From the NCBI RefSeq assembly GCF_006345805.1, contig NC_043000.1, positions 124,558,001 through 124,622,000 of the forward strand: a stretch of DNA of 64,000 nt, read 5' to 3'. A program made the position numbers and the translations under genes. Position 1 is the stretch's first letter; every line of letters begins with the position of its first letter. The notes beneath the pieces are model-generated. The model saw only the letters and a list, made by a program, of their open reading frames with translations, had not been told where the DNA came from and made no database searches. Below are positions 13,687 to 26,946 of the stretch, piece by piece. The stretch comes from Octopus sinensis (lineage: Eukaryota).

Positions 13687-13708
13687 ATTATTATGAAAGA
13701 ATTATTAT

Positions 13709-14550
13709 AAAGACGTCAACGTCCTAGGCATTAACATGAATCTTAACACAGGAATATTTAAACCCTACCACAAAGAAAACAAGGAACCCTCATGCAAAAA
13801 CATAGGTTCCAACAACCCGCCAGCAGTAATTAAACAAATAGTTAACAGTATTAGCAAGTGCGTCTCCAATTTATCTGTCGACAAAGACACTTTTGAAAAA
13901 GCTGCCCCATATTATAATGCTGCATTAGAAAGGTCCAACTCCAAGAATAGCATACACACATTGAACCAAGCACAAATAGACCAAGAACACACAAACAGAG
14001 AAGAATCCTATGGTTCAATCCGCCTTATAGCATGAATATAGCTAGTAACATGGCTAGGAAATTATTAAAAATAACAGACAACCACTTCCCACGTTCACAA
14101 AAACACCACAAAATCTTCAACAGAAACACTGTTAAAGTTAGCTATAGTTGTCTCCCCTACAGGGTCAATGATACTTAATCACAAGAAACATAAACACACT
14201 GGAAACACCCCAGAAAGACAGTGCAACTTCAGATCCCCAAACCACTGCCCTCTAAACAACAACTATCTTGAAAAAGTACTCATATACAAGGCCAAGGTCA
14301 CAGACCCCACGGAATACCAAAGACGCATATCGGAATGATGGGAAAATCATTCAAGGAAAGGTATATGCAACACCTTGCATCATTCAGAGAGACAAAAACA
14401 GAAAACACACGACATCCCTATCAGATATAATATGGACACTGAAAGAAGGTGAGATAAGCAACCCCCAGATAGAGTGGAAAATTACTGCTAAAGCCAAAAA
14501 ATACAGAGGACAGGGTACCAAATGTAAACTCTGCATTACTGAAAAATTAT
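13709..14550 (+). mobile_element. Penelope-like retroelement fragment, right arm in opposite orientation
   Basis: ORFs 13736-14035 and 14268-14609: KPYHKENKE...NNPPAVIKQ, TSLSDIIWTLKE...IEWKI...CKLCITEKLYI; homologous to the left arm. Confidence 0.92.
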
Positions 14551-14561
14551 ATATATATATA

Positions 14562-14790
14562 TCATCATCGTCATCATCATCATCGTTTAACATCCGTTTT
14601 CCGCGCTAGCACGGGTTGGACAGTTCGACTGGGGTCTGGGAAGCCAGGGGCTGCTCCAGGCTCCAGTCTGATCTGGCAGAGTTTCTACGGCTGGATGCCC
14701 TTCCTAACGCCAACCACTCTGCGAGTGTAGTGGGTGCTTTTTACGTGCCACCTGCACAGGTGCCAGGGGGGGGTCCGGCATTGGTCACGA
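14562..14790 (-). mobile_element. (GAT)n-tailed non-autonomous retroposon, family C
   Basis: Reverse complement of the 39480-39664 terminus. Confidence 0.85.
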
Positions 14791-16144
14791 TCGGTTTATA
14801 TATATATATATATAAATATTCCAAAGAAGAAGAACAAACACAAAAGAAACCAACAATGTGAGGACGTGGTACATGTAAAGTATTAGCAGACACTCAGGGA
14901 AGGAAAGAAAGATGCCCTTCTTCAAAAACAGAGGAAAGGCCAATAGAAGGGAAGGTAGAAGAAAAAAATCGCTAGTGATTCACATGTGGTTACATTTTGA
15001 AATACACACACAAACACACACAAACACACATACACACATGCACACACACACACACATGTACACACACAAACACAAGTGATAAGATGTAAACTAGTGATAT
15101 AAACTTAGTCAAACCACACACTTTAATATTCCTGATACTGACCCATCAGTGATCATTCCTGGTTCTGTGACACAAATTTTCCACTTTGAAGTGACCTAAA
15201 TTAAAACCTTCCTTCAGAATGTCATTTTAATTCATGCTTTCAATTAATAACAAGTTGTTTTACTAAATTCTTTGATACGTTCAAAATTAATTGAAACAAA
15301 ATCCCATAGAAATATAATGAGAAAACTGTTAAACAGTAAAACAATTGCATTAGATATGGTATGTTAGGTCAGCTGAAGTTTTTCTTTGGTAACCTGTTCA
15401 TGGCAAATGGGGAAAAGTCAGACCAGTGAAGAAACTATTGTATTTGATGGCATAAAAGATGCATGGTCATATTAGACACAATTTCAGTAGTACACATTCA
15501 GTTGGAAAGTTTTTTTTACATGAAAGTATGCAATATGAGCCCAACTTAACATATAAGACATGGGGTGACTTTTAAAAAATTTTTTTAAAAAAAGGAATGC
15601 CTCTTGTATGACCTTAAATCTGGAACAATCAGTTTTTTGAAGACTCAGGGCACACTATCCATGAGCTTACAAATGCCATGAATGACAGAGAGGAATGGAA
15701 GACAAGTGTTTTAACTATGTCAAAATTTTTTTATCTCATATTAGCTATTGCTTTGTATCTATTGAATGCACTAGTTCAGCAAGCTGTAAAACAGGTATGG
15801 TGGAGAGGTATGGCTCAAAGTTATTAGCAACAGAGACACTACATAACTGACAAATGTTTCATTAGGTAACAGTTTTTGTTTTAAATTATTCTAAGGGTTA
15901 AAAATAGGGGGTGGGGGAGAAGAAGTTCAGTCTCTCAATTTACCTAAAAACTATCTGAAAAACCTGAATTAAATTCCATCATATTATGACAACTTCTGGT
16001 AACAGAAGTGGATAAAAAAAAAAAGCAAATGATAAATAATAGATTAAACCAGAGCCAAGTGTTTTGATTGGTTACTTTCCATGTCATTGATCTGCTACAT
16101 CACAACTGATTAAAACCATCCCATCCTTCCTACTTCCTCTAATG

Positions 16145-16242
16145 ACCATGACGACGACGACGATAATGATGATGATATTAATGATGGTGATGGTGGTGGG
16201 GATGATGATGAAGATGATGATGGAAATGATGATGATGATGAC

Positions 16243-16336
<94 letters not shown>

Positions 16337-16380
16337 CTTACTGATGCTGATGCTGATGATGATCAGCAACAGTAGCAGTA
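16145..16380. repeat. (GAT)n microsatellite
   Basis: Direct reading. Confidence 0.95.
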
Positions 16381-16976
16381 CCATCAGTTGCATTGTTTGT
16401 AGAAATATTTTTTTTTACTGATTTCCTTGCATGAACACTGAATATAGTTTACACTTAGTTTAAAAGGTTTTTTTTTATTTTTTGTTTTTTTTTCTTTTAC
16501 TTTTTCTCTAAATTGAATTCCAAATAATTTTTTTTTTTTGTCTGAATTCTCTTTTCATAAATCTTAAATTTTTCATGCTTGTTGAATGTAACACGATGTG
16601 CTGCACATACACATGAAGAATATTAAAATGAGCACATTATTATGCGGCAGAGATAACTAAATGCAGACAATAAATGCATCATGCATCAACCTTACTAAAA
16701 AAAAAAGTAAATGAACTATTTTCTAATTTTCTCTTTTTCTTCATAGTTTTCAAGATTTTAAAAACTTCATATCATTGAATGTGTCACAGTGATATCAAAC
16801 CATTAGGTCACCTTACTATTTCTGGGATCTCTTGAATGAAAATGCATCCATGCAGTTTCTCATTGCCTATTCCAGTTTCTTAGGAAGATTTGAACTCAGC
16901 ATAGCAAATTATATAGCAGTTATTTTGATTTTAAATTATACCAAACATTACAAATCAGTGGTTTTATCTGGACAAC

Positions 16977-17213
16977 GGACATGGCAGAGAGCTGGTAGAA
17001 ACGTTAGCACACTGGGCGAAATGCGTAGCCATATTTCGTCTGCCGTTACATTGTGAGTTCAAATTCCGCTGAGGTCGACTTTGCCTTTCATCTTTTCGGG
17101 GTCGATAAATTAAGTACCAGTTACACACTGGGGTTGATGTAATCGACTCAATCTGTTTGTCTGTCCTTGTTTGTCCTCTCTGTGTTTAGTCCCTTGTGGG
17201 TAGTAAAGAAATA
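16977..17213 (+). mobile_element. tRNA-derived SINE, family B (Nin-domain-like core) with 16-bp TSD
   Basis: GAGTTCAAATTCC B-box; core AGGTCGACTTTGCCTTTCATC...AAGTACCAG; flanking direct repeat GGTTTTATCTGGACAA. Confidence 0.88.
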
Positions 17214-17479
17214 GGTTTTATCTGGACAATGAAGTGTCACTCATTTTCCTTCACTATTTCTTTCTCTCTTCCCAGTTGAGGTTGCCATGTATCTTCTCTT
17301 CAGCAAGACACTCGTTCCTGTCCCTCTATCATACTTTAATCTCTCACCATCAGGCATAAAGCTACCTCCCTAATACCATTCCCTCCCTTATGTGAAGGGG
17401 GATTTTGTTTTGTGAACTTCTTGGTTATTTTACTGTTGCCAGTGCTATGTAAAAAACAGCCGGTACACACTGTAAATTA

Positions 17480-18043
17480 TTGGGTTGTCCGGAAAGTTCG
17501 TGCTGATTTATAGTAGCTTACCTTTCGACTTATTTTAGAACATAGTTGAGTCCATAAAATAGGATTTGACTACACCTCCATTTAGAGCACAGTTTAAGCT
17601 ATCTTTTCATGGAAGAAGGTTTAAGTTCCTATAACCTGTGTTAATTCTGTAGCCCTTTAAAATGGAAGATAAGAAAGTTCATTTTCGACACATGATGCTT
17701 TGGGAACCAGACAAAAATTGCTGCAGCTTGGTTGGGATGTGTTACTCCACCCGCCATATTCACCAGATATTGCTCCTTCCAATTTCCACTTATTCAGGTC
17801 TCTGCAGAATAGTCTTAATAGTAAAAATTTCAGTTCCTTGGATGACGTAAAAAGATACCTTGATGAATTCTTTGCCATGAAACCACCTCAATTCTGGGAA
17901 GAGGGTATTTTCAAGTTAAAGGAAGATAGAGATGCATTGTGCAATGAAATGGTTCATATTTGGTTTATTAAAATGTAATGGCAAGTATTTATTGACCTTT
18001 TTCTTCCCTTTAAAAATCAGCACGAACTTTCCGGACAAACCAA
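17480..18043 (+). mobile_element. Internally deleted mariner element with intact ends
   Basis: ~30-bp TIRs TTGG(G/T)TTGTCCGGAAAGTTCGTGCTGATTT, TA TSD (17478-79, 18044-45); MEDKKVHFRHMMLWE joined to LGWDVLLHPPYSPDIAPSNFHLFRSLQ. Confidence 0.95.
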
Positions 18044-18439
18044 TAGTTGGCTTTAGGGAGAGTATCCAGCCATAGAAGCCATACTAAGGCAGACATTGGA
18101 GAATGGTGCAATCCTCTTGTTCATTGGCTCCTATCCAACCCCCTAACTCATGCCAGCATGGAAGATAGATGTTAAACAATGATAATGGTGGTGATGACGA
18201 TGGCAATGATGATGACAATGATGATGTTGATGGTCCAATTTCGCAGCAAGATTTTGAACTCTATGTGGCAATCTATATAACAGTTGTTTTGATTTTAAAT
18301 TATTAAAAAATTTGAAAATCTTTGGTTTTTTCTGGATGAATAAGTGTCACTCGTTTTGCCTAAAAATGACATGAAAACTGCTATATCATTACCTTTAACT
18401 AGTCTAAGTTTAATTATTCTATCACATACTCTCAGTACC

Positions 18440-18930
18440 TTAGTTACTTTATCCATTTAACTACCGGCAATATACCTGCTTCGCCCACCTATTAACTCCA
18501 TTACTGCTACTCACCAAGAAGAATTTGTATCTGTGTTCTTTGTCCATGAGGTATCTGGTTGAGGCACCCCTCTCTTTTCTCTAGTGTGCAACACATGTTT
18601 ATTTTCCTTAAATCCAGTGTCTGTACAATCTCCCATACTTACCATTTAGGTGGCGAGCTGGCAGAAATGTTAGCATGCCGGGCGAAATGCGTAGCTGTAT
18701 TTCGTCTGCCGTTACGTTCTGAGTTCAAATTCCGCCGAGGTCGACTTTGCCTTTCATCCTTTCGGGGTCAATAAATTAAGTACTAGTTACGCACTGGGAT
18801 CGATTTCGTTTGTCTGTCCTTGTTTGTCCCCTCTGTGTTTAGCCCCTTGTGGGTAGTAAAGAAAAATATACTTACCATTCATCATGCCAATGTTGATGGT
18901 GGCAGACCTGAAGTTTTGTACCTGATAAGA
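18440..18930 (-). mobile_element. Decayed RTE LINE apurinic-endonuclease N-terminus, interrupted by a SINE
   Basis: With frameshifts reads FRSATINIGMMNGK...EIVQTLDLRKINMCC...RGASTRYLMDKEHRYKFF, like the start of RTE ORF2. Confidence 0.65.
18647..18867 (+). mobile_element. Family B SINE with 12-bp TSD
   Basis: ATACTTACCATT at 18635-18646 and 18868-18879. Confidence 0.92.
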
Positions 18931-19475
18931 AATGAAGAATTTTTAATCAATGTTAGCTCTGATAGGTGGGTTGTCTGATGTCAATTTTCTGCTTCTGGAA
19001 TGAAGAGAGTTGGAGCTTGTGCTACTATCTGAGAATGGTTGAGAAATGTTCACACCTATTTTTCACCTCCCAACTGAACACAACATTAACATGGCAAATG
19101 TTGTCCTGTATATGCAATTAAGAATTTTCAAATTCTCTCTCGCTCTCTCTCACACACAAACATACACACATGGTCACGTGTAAACACACACTCACATCCT
19201 CACACAGTAACACACATACACACATATAATCAAGCATAAAGAAACATAGTCTTGCAAATTACTTAGAGGACCAAGTTGATTTCTAAAAGCTTTGTTGTGT
19301 GGAGAATTTTTCTTTTTCTTTATCAACTCATTATTACAGAATTATATCAATGTAATATTTATCTATACGAAAAAAAAAAAAAAGAAAGAAATCACTAAAG
19401 TAGGAATTGTTATAGAAATTATTATTCATTGAATTTTCCAGTATTGGGAAAGAAGTAGAAGGAAAAATGGTCTAC

Positions 19476-19500
19476 CTGACACATTGTTATGATTCAGTGT
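19476..19500 (-). CDS. Candidate 25-nt exon (TLNHNNVS)
   Basis: Pyrimidine-rich acceptor ttcttcttag, donor cag|gtagac; phase 0 to 1. Confidence 0.2.
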
Positions 19501-19652
19501 CTAAGAAGAACTGGTTGAAAGTCAATAATATACACGTAGCACTATACACTAAATATAAAAACAACAACAATAAAAAAAAAAACTGTTAGAGTGGTATTTT
19601 ACTTATACAAATATATTACATTTCTGTATTTTAGATGAGGTGTAATGATATA

Positions 19653-20839
19653 TAGGTTGCAGACGTAGCTGTGTGGTAAGAAGCCTGCTTCCCAACCAAA
19701 TGGCTCTGGGTTCAGTCTCACTGCATGGCACCTTGGGTAAGTGTCTTCTACTATAGCCTCGGGCCAACCAAAGCCTTATGAGTGAATTTGGTTGGCAGGT
19801 ACTAACAGGAACCTATCGTATATGTATATATATGTATGTGTGTGTATGTGTGTAAGTATGCGTGTGTGTGTTTATGCCCACCTCAATCATTTGACAACTA
19901 GTGTTGGTGTGTTTATGATATTGTAACTTAGTGGGTTGGCAAAAGGGACTGATGGAATAAGCCTCAGGCCTTAAAAAGAAAATAAGTGCTGAGGTTGAGT
20001 CACTTGACAAAAATTCTATAAAGCAGTGCTCCAGCATGGCCTCAATCTAATGAATGCAACAAGTAAGAAATAAAAGTGGAAAGATATTAGAAGTAATGAT
20101 ATAACAGAAAGATATATTCATCTTTCTGTTATATCTGAAGGTGGTGAGCTGGCAGAAACGTTAGACGAAATGCTTAGCAGTATTTTGTCTGCTGTTACGT
20201 TCTGAGTTCAAATTCTGCCGAGGTCGACTTTGCCTTTCATCCTTTTGGGGTCAATAAATTAGGTACCAGTTATGCACTGGGGTCGATGTAATTGACTTAA
20301 TCCCTTTGTCTGTCCTTGTTTGTCTCCTCTATGTTTAGCCCCTTGTGGGCAATAAAGAAATAAGAAAGATATATTCATCTCATTGGAATAAGAGCTGCGG
20401 CTGATGCCAGTGTCACGTAACTGGCCTGTAAAAAGCATGCTTTGGATGTTGGGTGATATGCTGTGCTAAAAAAACCTACCAACGCCAGTGTTGCATAAAC
20501 TGGCACTCATCCTGGTGGCACATGAAAAGTGCCATTTGAACGTTGGGTCTCATGGAGGCAGTGACAAATGATCGAGATCTTTGGTGATATATTGTGCTTG
20601 AAAAGACCTGTCAAGCCAAGTGAGATTGTAGTCGTGGCTGATGCCAGTGCTACACAAATGGCACCTGTGCCGGTGGCACATAAAAAGCACCCACTACACT
20701 CTTTGAGTGGTTGGCATTAGGAAAGGCATTCAGCTGTAGAACCCATGCCAAATCAGATTGGAACCTGGTGTAGCTCTCCAGCTTACCAGTCCTCAGTCAA
20801 ACTGTCCAACTCATGCCAGCATGGAAAACAATTGTTAAG

Positions 20840-20881
<42 letters not shown>

Positions 20882-20886
20882 CGATG
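19653..20886 (+). mobile_element. SINE cluster: family A (19653-20080), B (20124-20363), C (20395-20886)
   Basis: Similarity to other copies; the B copy has a 17-bp TSD GAAAGATATATTCATCT; the C copy ends in (GAT)n. Confidence 0.85.
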
Positions 20887-21499
20887 ATAAATTCTATGAC
20901 AGATAATGAATAATTGAATTAGTCTGGATGATTAGTGTCCATCATTTTTCATTTCTTGTTTTAAATTGCCTCATCTTTTGCAATTTCTTTGTTAATTATT
21001 TTCCTTAATTGCTGCAATAATTTAGCCTGTCAATGAGTCAGTTTGTTTGCCATTACCCTTCAATTAAAAGGTGTTGTTAAAACCCACTGCAGGTCCTTGT
21101 GACCTGTAGTAAACCTTTCATTGTGTCATATTGAAAGTTGATGTCATATATGCATTCAAAGTAGTTGCTTAGCCATGCAGGGCTGGCCCTAGGGTTGCTG
21201 GCACTCCAAGCAAGCTGAACTTTGGTGTGTGCAAGCTGATGGTCATGGAATTTTCCTTGTCTTTGTCATGTCCTCTTTGGCACCCCTAGCACATGGCACC
21301 CCAGGTGACTGCTCGAGTTGCCAGTACATTGAGCCAGCCCTGTAGCTACGGGTCAACTATGAAGAAGCAGACCTATGATCAAGCAAATAACCATGTTACC
21401 TTTCTCTTTTTGTATATTTTGGATTTCATGTTCAATAGGGCCTTCCTTTTGTAAGACGATCATCTATTTCTAGAAGTTGAGTGAGTGATTCTTTTATCT

Positions 21500-21530
21500 A
21501 TCTTTCTGTCCGTTCATCTGTCTGCCAGTC

Positions 21531-21587
<57 letters not shown>

Positions 21588-21794
21588 AATCTATCTGCCT
21601 GTCTGTTTGCCTGTCTGTCCACACATATGTCTGTCTGTCTTAACAATCTGCCTGCCTGCTTGTCTGTCTGTTTATCTGTCTGTCCGTCAATCCATCTGTC
21701 TTATCTATCTGCCTACCTGCCTGTCTGTCTGTCTGTCTGTCTGCTGCCTGCCTGCCTGTCTCTCTGTCCAGCTATCTGTCTGTCTGTGTGTGTG

Positions 21795-21886
<92 letters not shown>

Positions 21887-22093
21887 AATCTATCTGCCTG
21901 TCTGTTTGCCTGTCTGTCCACACATATGTCTGTCTGTCTTAACAATCTGCCTGCCTGCTTGTCTGTCTGTTTATCTGTCTGTCCGTCAATCCATCTGTCT
22001 TATCTATCTGCCTACCTGCCTGTCTGTCTGTCTGTCTGTCTGCTGCCTGCCTGCCTGTCTCTCTGTCCAGCTATCTGTCTGTCTGTGTGTGTG

Positions 22094-22166
<73 letters not shown>

Positions 22167-22270
22167 TCTGTCTTTCTGCTGCCTGCTTGTCTATCTCTCT
22201 GTTCATCCATCTGTCCGTCTCTCTGTCTGCCCACCTGCCTCACTGTCTATCTATCTATCTATCTATCTTT
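21500..22270. repeat. Compound (ATCT)n/(GTCT)n microsatellite containing a ~299-bp tandem duplication
   Basis: The block starting at 21601 recurs at 21900. Confidence 0.93.
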
Positions 22271-22315
22271 TTTTACATAAATTAGTCAGAAGTGGACAGT
22301 GCTCACGGCACTTAC

Positions 22316-22384
22316 AAAGCCTCCGATAGTGGTGGACAAAAATGAGGCAGTTTCCTTTAGACTGCAGCATATCTGACCTGAATG
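22316..22384 (-). CDS. Candidate exon ([23 protein letters not shown])
   Basis: Acceptor ctctctttgccag, consensus donor ttt|gtaagt, open frame phase 0 to 0. Confidence 0.3.
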
Positions 22385-22884
22385 CTGGCAAAGAGAGTGG
22401 GCTGCTTGAGATTGTAGGTTGGTGTTATGTTAACACGTTGAAATATTAATTACCTTCAACAATGTCTATTTATAACACTAAACATTTTCACTACACATGG
22501 TGTGTAATTTTCTAAATACATGATATGTGTGTGAATCAAGAAGCAATGAATTCTTAAGGATAAAAGCTGAAATGTTTCTTATTCATTAGGACATAGTTGA
22601 CAGGTACAACAAGACTAATCTTTTAAAGAGAAGGTTGCAGGATGAAAATTATCTCATCAAATGTTGCTTTACAGCAGTGTTTCTCAATCAGGGTTCACAT
22701 GACTTTTGGGGGTCCATGATTTTGTTGTTAAAAATTATGTGCACGAAATTGCTTATGCTTCTACATTATATGAAATATTTTAATTTTTTAAATACAATTT
22801 CTAATAGTATTTAATCATAAAAATATAATGTCACATAAAAAGCATTCAATCCACACTGTAAAGTGGTTTGTTTTTTTTTTTCTT

Positions 22885-23175
22885 CTCGAGCCACACCTGG
22901 TTCATAAGGGCCAGTTTCCTGGTTTCCTTGGCGTATAGGTTCCGCCCCCTGGATGGGATGCTGGTCCATCGCAGGTGAGCTGCAAGATGCAGGAGGAAAG
23001 AGTGAGAGAAAGTTGTGGCAAAAGAGTCAGCAGAAGTTCACCATTACCTTCTGCCGGAGCCGCATGTACCTTAGGTGTTTCGCTCATAAACACACACACA
23101 TCGCCTGGTCTGAGATTTGAACCCACGATCACTTGATTGCAAATTCGCTGCTTTAACCACTAGGCCATGTGCCTC
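22885..23175 (-). mobile_element. Family D SINE
   Basis: Reverse complement of the 6011-type element. Confidence 0.85.
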
Positions 23176-24079
23176 CACCTGTAAAGTGGTTGGCATTTGG
23201 AAAGGAATTCAGCAGTAAAATCCTTGCCAAAACTGACCTCGCCTGTGTTTGCGCAATGTAAAAAGCACTCAGTCTACTCTGCTGGGTGGTTGGTGTTATG
23301 AAGGGCATCCAGCTGTAAAAACCCTGGCAAAACAGACACAGAAGTCTGGTGCAGGCTCCTGTCAAACAATTTAACCCATGCCAGCATGGATGGTGGACAT
23401 TAAAGAATGATGATAATAAAGATGATAATAGGATTTCTTAAAAATTGAATTGCTGTGAGGGTCCTCTTGAGTAAAATAAGAATCAAAAGGGTCCATAGAC
23501 GAAAAATGGTTAAGAACCACTGGTTTAAACAATGATAAATGAATAACCAACATTAAGATTTGGTGTGGGATTAAAGCTTTATTTTGGGTATTTTTTAACT
23601 CATAGATTGGTTGGAAGAAGAAAAGCTGCCCTCTATGAGCTAAAAATTGGGTGAGAACCACTGGTTTAAAGAGACAAGTGAAAGCCTAAAGAAGCCAAAC
23701 GGTCTGAAGAGTTCTAGAAAGTTCCATAAAATCCTTTAAGCATGAAAATTGAACTATTCTTTTTCTTGTGATTGTCCATCACAAACTGACACCACAGATG
23801 CTGGCTGGGATATTACCAAATATTTTATTATCAGTTGTTAGTAGCAAGGTGGTAGAATCATTAGTGTGTCAGGCAAAACGCTTTGCAACATTTCTTCCAG
23901 TTCTTTACATTCTTAGTTCAATGACTACCAGGTGAGCTTTACTTTCCATCCTTTGAGGGTTGATAAAATAAGTACCAGTTGTGATCTGGGGTCAATGTAA
24001 TTCACTATTTCTTTCTGCTTATATTATTAACCTTATGATAAAATTTGAAACGATTATTTACCAGTGGCAATTAACTTCT

Positions 24080-24800
24080 GGTCAATTTTCTTTTCTACTC
24101 TAGGCACAAGGGCTAAAAGTTTTGGGGAGGTGGGGGCCAGTCAATTAGATCAACCGCAGTATGCAACCGGTACTTAATTTATCGACCCTGAAAGGATGAA
24201 AGGCAAAGTTGACATTTGTGGAATTTGAACTCAGAATGTAAAGACTTTTGGTCAAACTTAAATGTTCCAAGTTCAAATTTCAAAGGTGGCTACGTAATAC
24301 AATATTTTGAATACTGTCTCCTTCAAACTTTTTGATTTTAATTGTTGGATGAATTGCTGCAATAATCTTTTCTACTCTAGGCACAAGGCCCAAAATTTTT
24401 GGGAGAGTGGGGTCAGTCGATTAGGTCGACCCCAGTATGCAACTGGTACTTAATATATTAACCCTGAAAGGATGAAAAGCAAAGTCGACCTTGGTAGAAT
24501 TTGAACTCGGAACGTAAAGACAGACAAAATATCACTAAGCATTTCATCCAGCATGCTAACGTTTCTTATTTCTTTATTGCCCACAAGGGGCTAAACATAA
24601 AGGGGACAAACAAGGACAGACAAAAGGATTAAGTCGATTACATCAACCCCAGTATGTAACTGGTACTTAATTTATCAGCCCCGAAAGGATGAAAGGCAAA
24701 GTCAACCTCGGAGGAATTCGAACTCAGAACATAGCAGCAGACAAAATACCGCTAAGCATTTCGTCTGGCATGCTAACGTTTCTGCCAGCTCATCACCTCG
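24080..24800 (-). mobile_element. Cluster of three family B-type SINE copies
   Basis: Repeated core CCCCAGTATG(C/T)AACTGGTACTTAAT...GGATGAAA(G/A)GCAAAGT. Confidence 0.85.
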
Positions 24801-25053
24801 AATTGCTGCAGTTATCAACCCATTCAATACCAACCTGCTTGAAACTGCTCCTGCTTCTATAATACAGACTTTCTGTTTTAAAGTAATCTGAATTAAAACC
24901 TTCTAATAAAATTTAATTAATCTGCATTCCAAACACAAGGTTACTAATGACAATGTTATTTTTTATTACATTTTTCATTATTTAAAACAAATTAATTGAA
25001 ACAAAGGCAGTGTACTTCAATAGAAAATGGTAATGAAAGAATTAAAGAAAAAT

Positions 25054-25795
25054 AGGTGCAGGTGTAGCTGTATGGAAAGAAGCTTGCTTCCAAACCACAT
25101 AGTTGAAGGTTCAATTCCACTGTGCAGTACCTTGGACAGATACCTTCTACTATAGCCTCAGGCCAACCAAAGCCTTGTGAGTGGATTTGGTGGATGGAAA
25201 CTGAAAGAAGCCTGTTGTATGTATATATATGTGTGTGTGTCTTTGTGCCTGTGTTTGTCCCCCACCCCACTTAGCAACTGGTGTTGGTGTGTTTACATCC
25301 CCGTAATTTAGCAGTTTGGCAAAAGAGACCAATAGAATAAGTTCTAGGTTTAAAAAATAAGTCCTGGGGTCAATATGTTTTGGCTAAAATCCTTCAAGGC
25401 AGTGCTCCAGCATGGCCACAGTCAAATGACTGAAACAAGTAAAAAAATAAAAGACAAATTAGAAATGTGAAACTCAGAGTAACAATTAATGAAGGTGCAA
25501 CAGGTAAGTATATAACAAGCTAAGAATTTTTGGGTGTATAGAAATGAATTGTGGAGGTGCATGGCTTAGTTGCTTAGGGTGTCAGCATCATGATCGTAAG
25601 ATTGTGGTTTCGATTCTTGGACCAGGCGACGTGTTGTGTTCTTGAGCAAAACACTTCATTTCATGTTGCTCCAGTCCACTCAGCTGGCAAAAATGAGTAA
25701 CGCTGCAATGGATTGGTGTCCCGTCCAGCTGGGGAACATATATGCCATTGAAACTGGGAAACCAGGTCCATGAGCCTGGCTAGGCTTTAAAAGGA
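25054..25795 (+). mobile_element. Family A SINE (25054-25453) and family D-related SINE (25548-25795)
   Basis: Pol III A/B boxes and family bodies. Confidence 0.85.
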
Positions 25796-25964
25796 CGAGA
25801 AGAATAGAAATGAATTATGAAGGATAGTCTGTACCTTCTACAAAGTTTATATTAATTGTTATGTAATTATACATTTGCGATGAGTTAAAAGAAAACACAA
25901 AAATTTGTATAGAGGATGACTGTCAGTTTTAATAGAAAATTTCTTGTCCAGTGCTTGTAGTTAC

Positions 25965-25978
25965 CTGCCATCAAATGT
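25965..25978 (-). CDS. Candidate 14-nt micro-exon (TFDG + 2 nt)
   Basis: Very strong acceptor ccctttgtcttcctccttccag, donor cag|gtaact. Confidence 0.35.
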
Positions 25979-26558
25979 CTGGAAGGAGGAAGACAAAGGG
26001 TACAGGGCTCAAGTGAAAGAAAATTATTAATGTGTGTGCCTATGTGTGTGTTGTGTGTGTGTGTGTATGTGTGTGTGTGTGAAATTTTGACAAGGTTGCT
26101 AAGATGACAAAAAGTATCCTGCCTAAAAATCACAGAAAAGAAAGGAATTTTTTTTACAGGTATTTATATACATATATATATATATATATATAAATTTATA
26201 AATAAGGATAATATTGATATTTAAATATTGATCTTATCAAGTGGCCAGCATGGGAATAAATACCATACAAAGGTAATAATTATTTAAAACTATAAATCAG
26301 GGTATCTGAGAAATACCACCATGCTGAAATAGCAGTCAAAGCCCTGACCCTAAAACCACCTTAAAGAACATTTAAGGTTTTATATATATATATGAGGGCA
26401 GTTGCTATGGCATTGAAGTAGATCCGGCTACCCCCTTTAACAGGGACAAAACCCCCCCTGGATTCAAAATGATGGATGATGATGATACTTGTGTTAAAAA
26501 CCAAACTAGGTCACTCGAAATGGAATTGAATGAGTTTATCTAGATTACACTGTTTCAC

Positions 26559-26597
26559 CTGAGATGATGGCAAATTTGACAGGTAGAAGAAATAAAT
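26559..26597 (-). CDS. Candidate 39-nt exon (IYFFYLSNLPSSQ)
   Basis: Acceptor ttgcatttcag (a second one 14 nt upstream), donor cag|gtgaaa; phase 0 to 0 fits both neighbours. Confidence 0.33.
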
Positions 26598-26946
26598 CTG
26601 AAATGCAAATTCTGAAAACATTGAAAACAATCATGAGTATGAAGGTTTCAATCCTTGGTTACTAATCCATTGCATTTCCTCTTCAAAGTTCCCAGCTCTC
26701 AACAAATACAATAAACCTCTACAGCCCTTATTGAGTGCACTCTCTCTTCTTTTTACATGCTCAAAATTCTGTGTCTCAGTGTGCACACACACACACACTT
26801 ACAAATCTTATCTGATTTCATAAACAATTGAGAATATAGTACATTGTATGGAGTAAATATATTCTTTATTATATAATAGATATAAGGTAGCAAACTGGCA
26901 CGGCCATTAACACAATGGGTAAAATGCTTAGCAGTATTTCGTCCGA

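Noticed and set aside
18880-18925. Apparent minus-strand exon with perfect splice sites and a SINE-duplicated donor
   Set aside because: The peptide continues across the donor as an RTE endonuclease N-terminus, so it is a LINE relic; the second GTAAGT is the SINE's TSD
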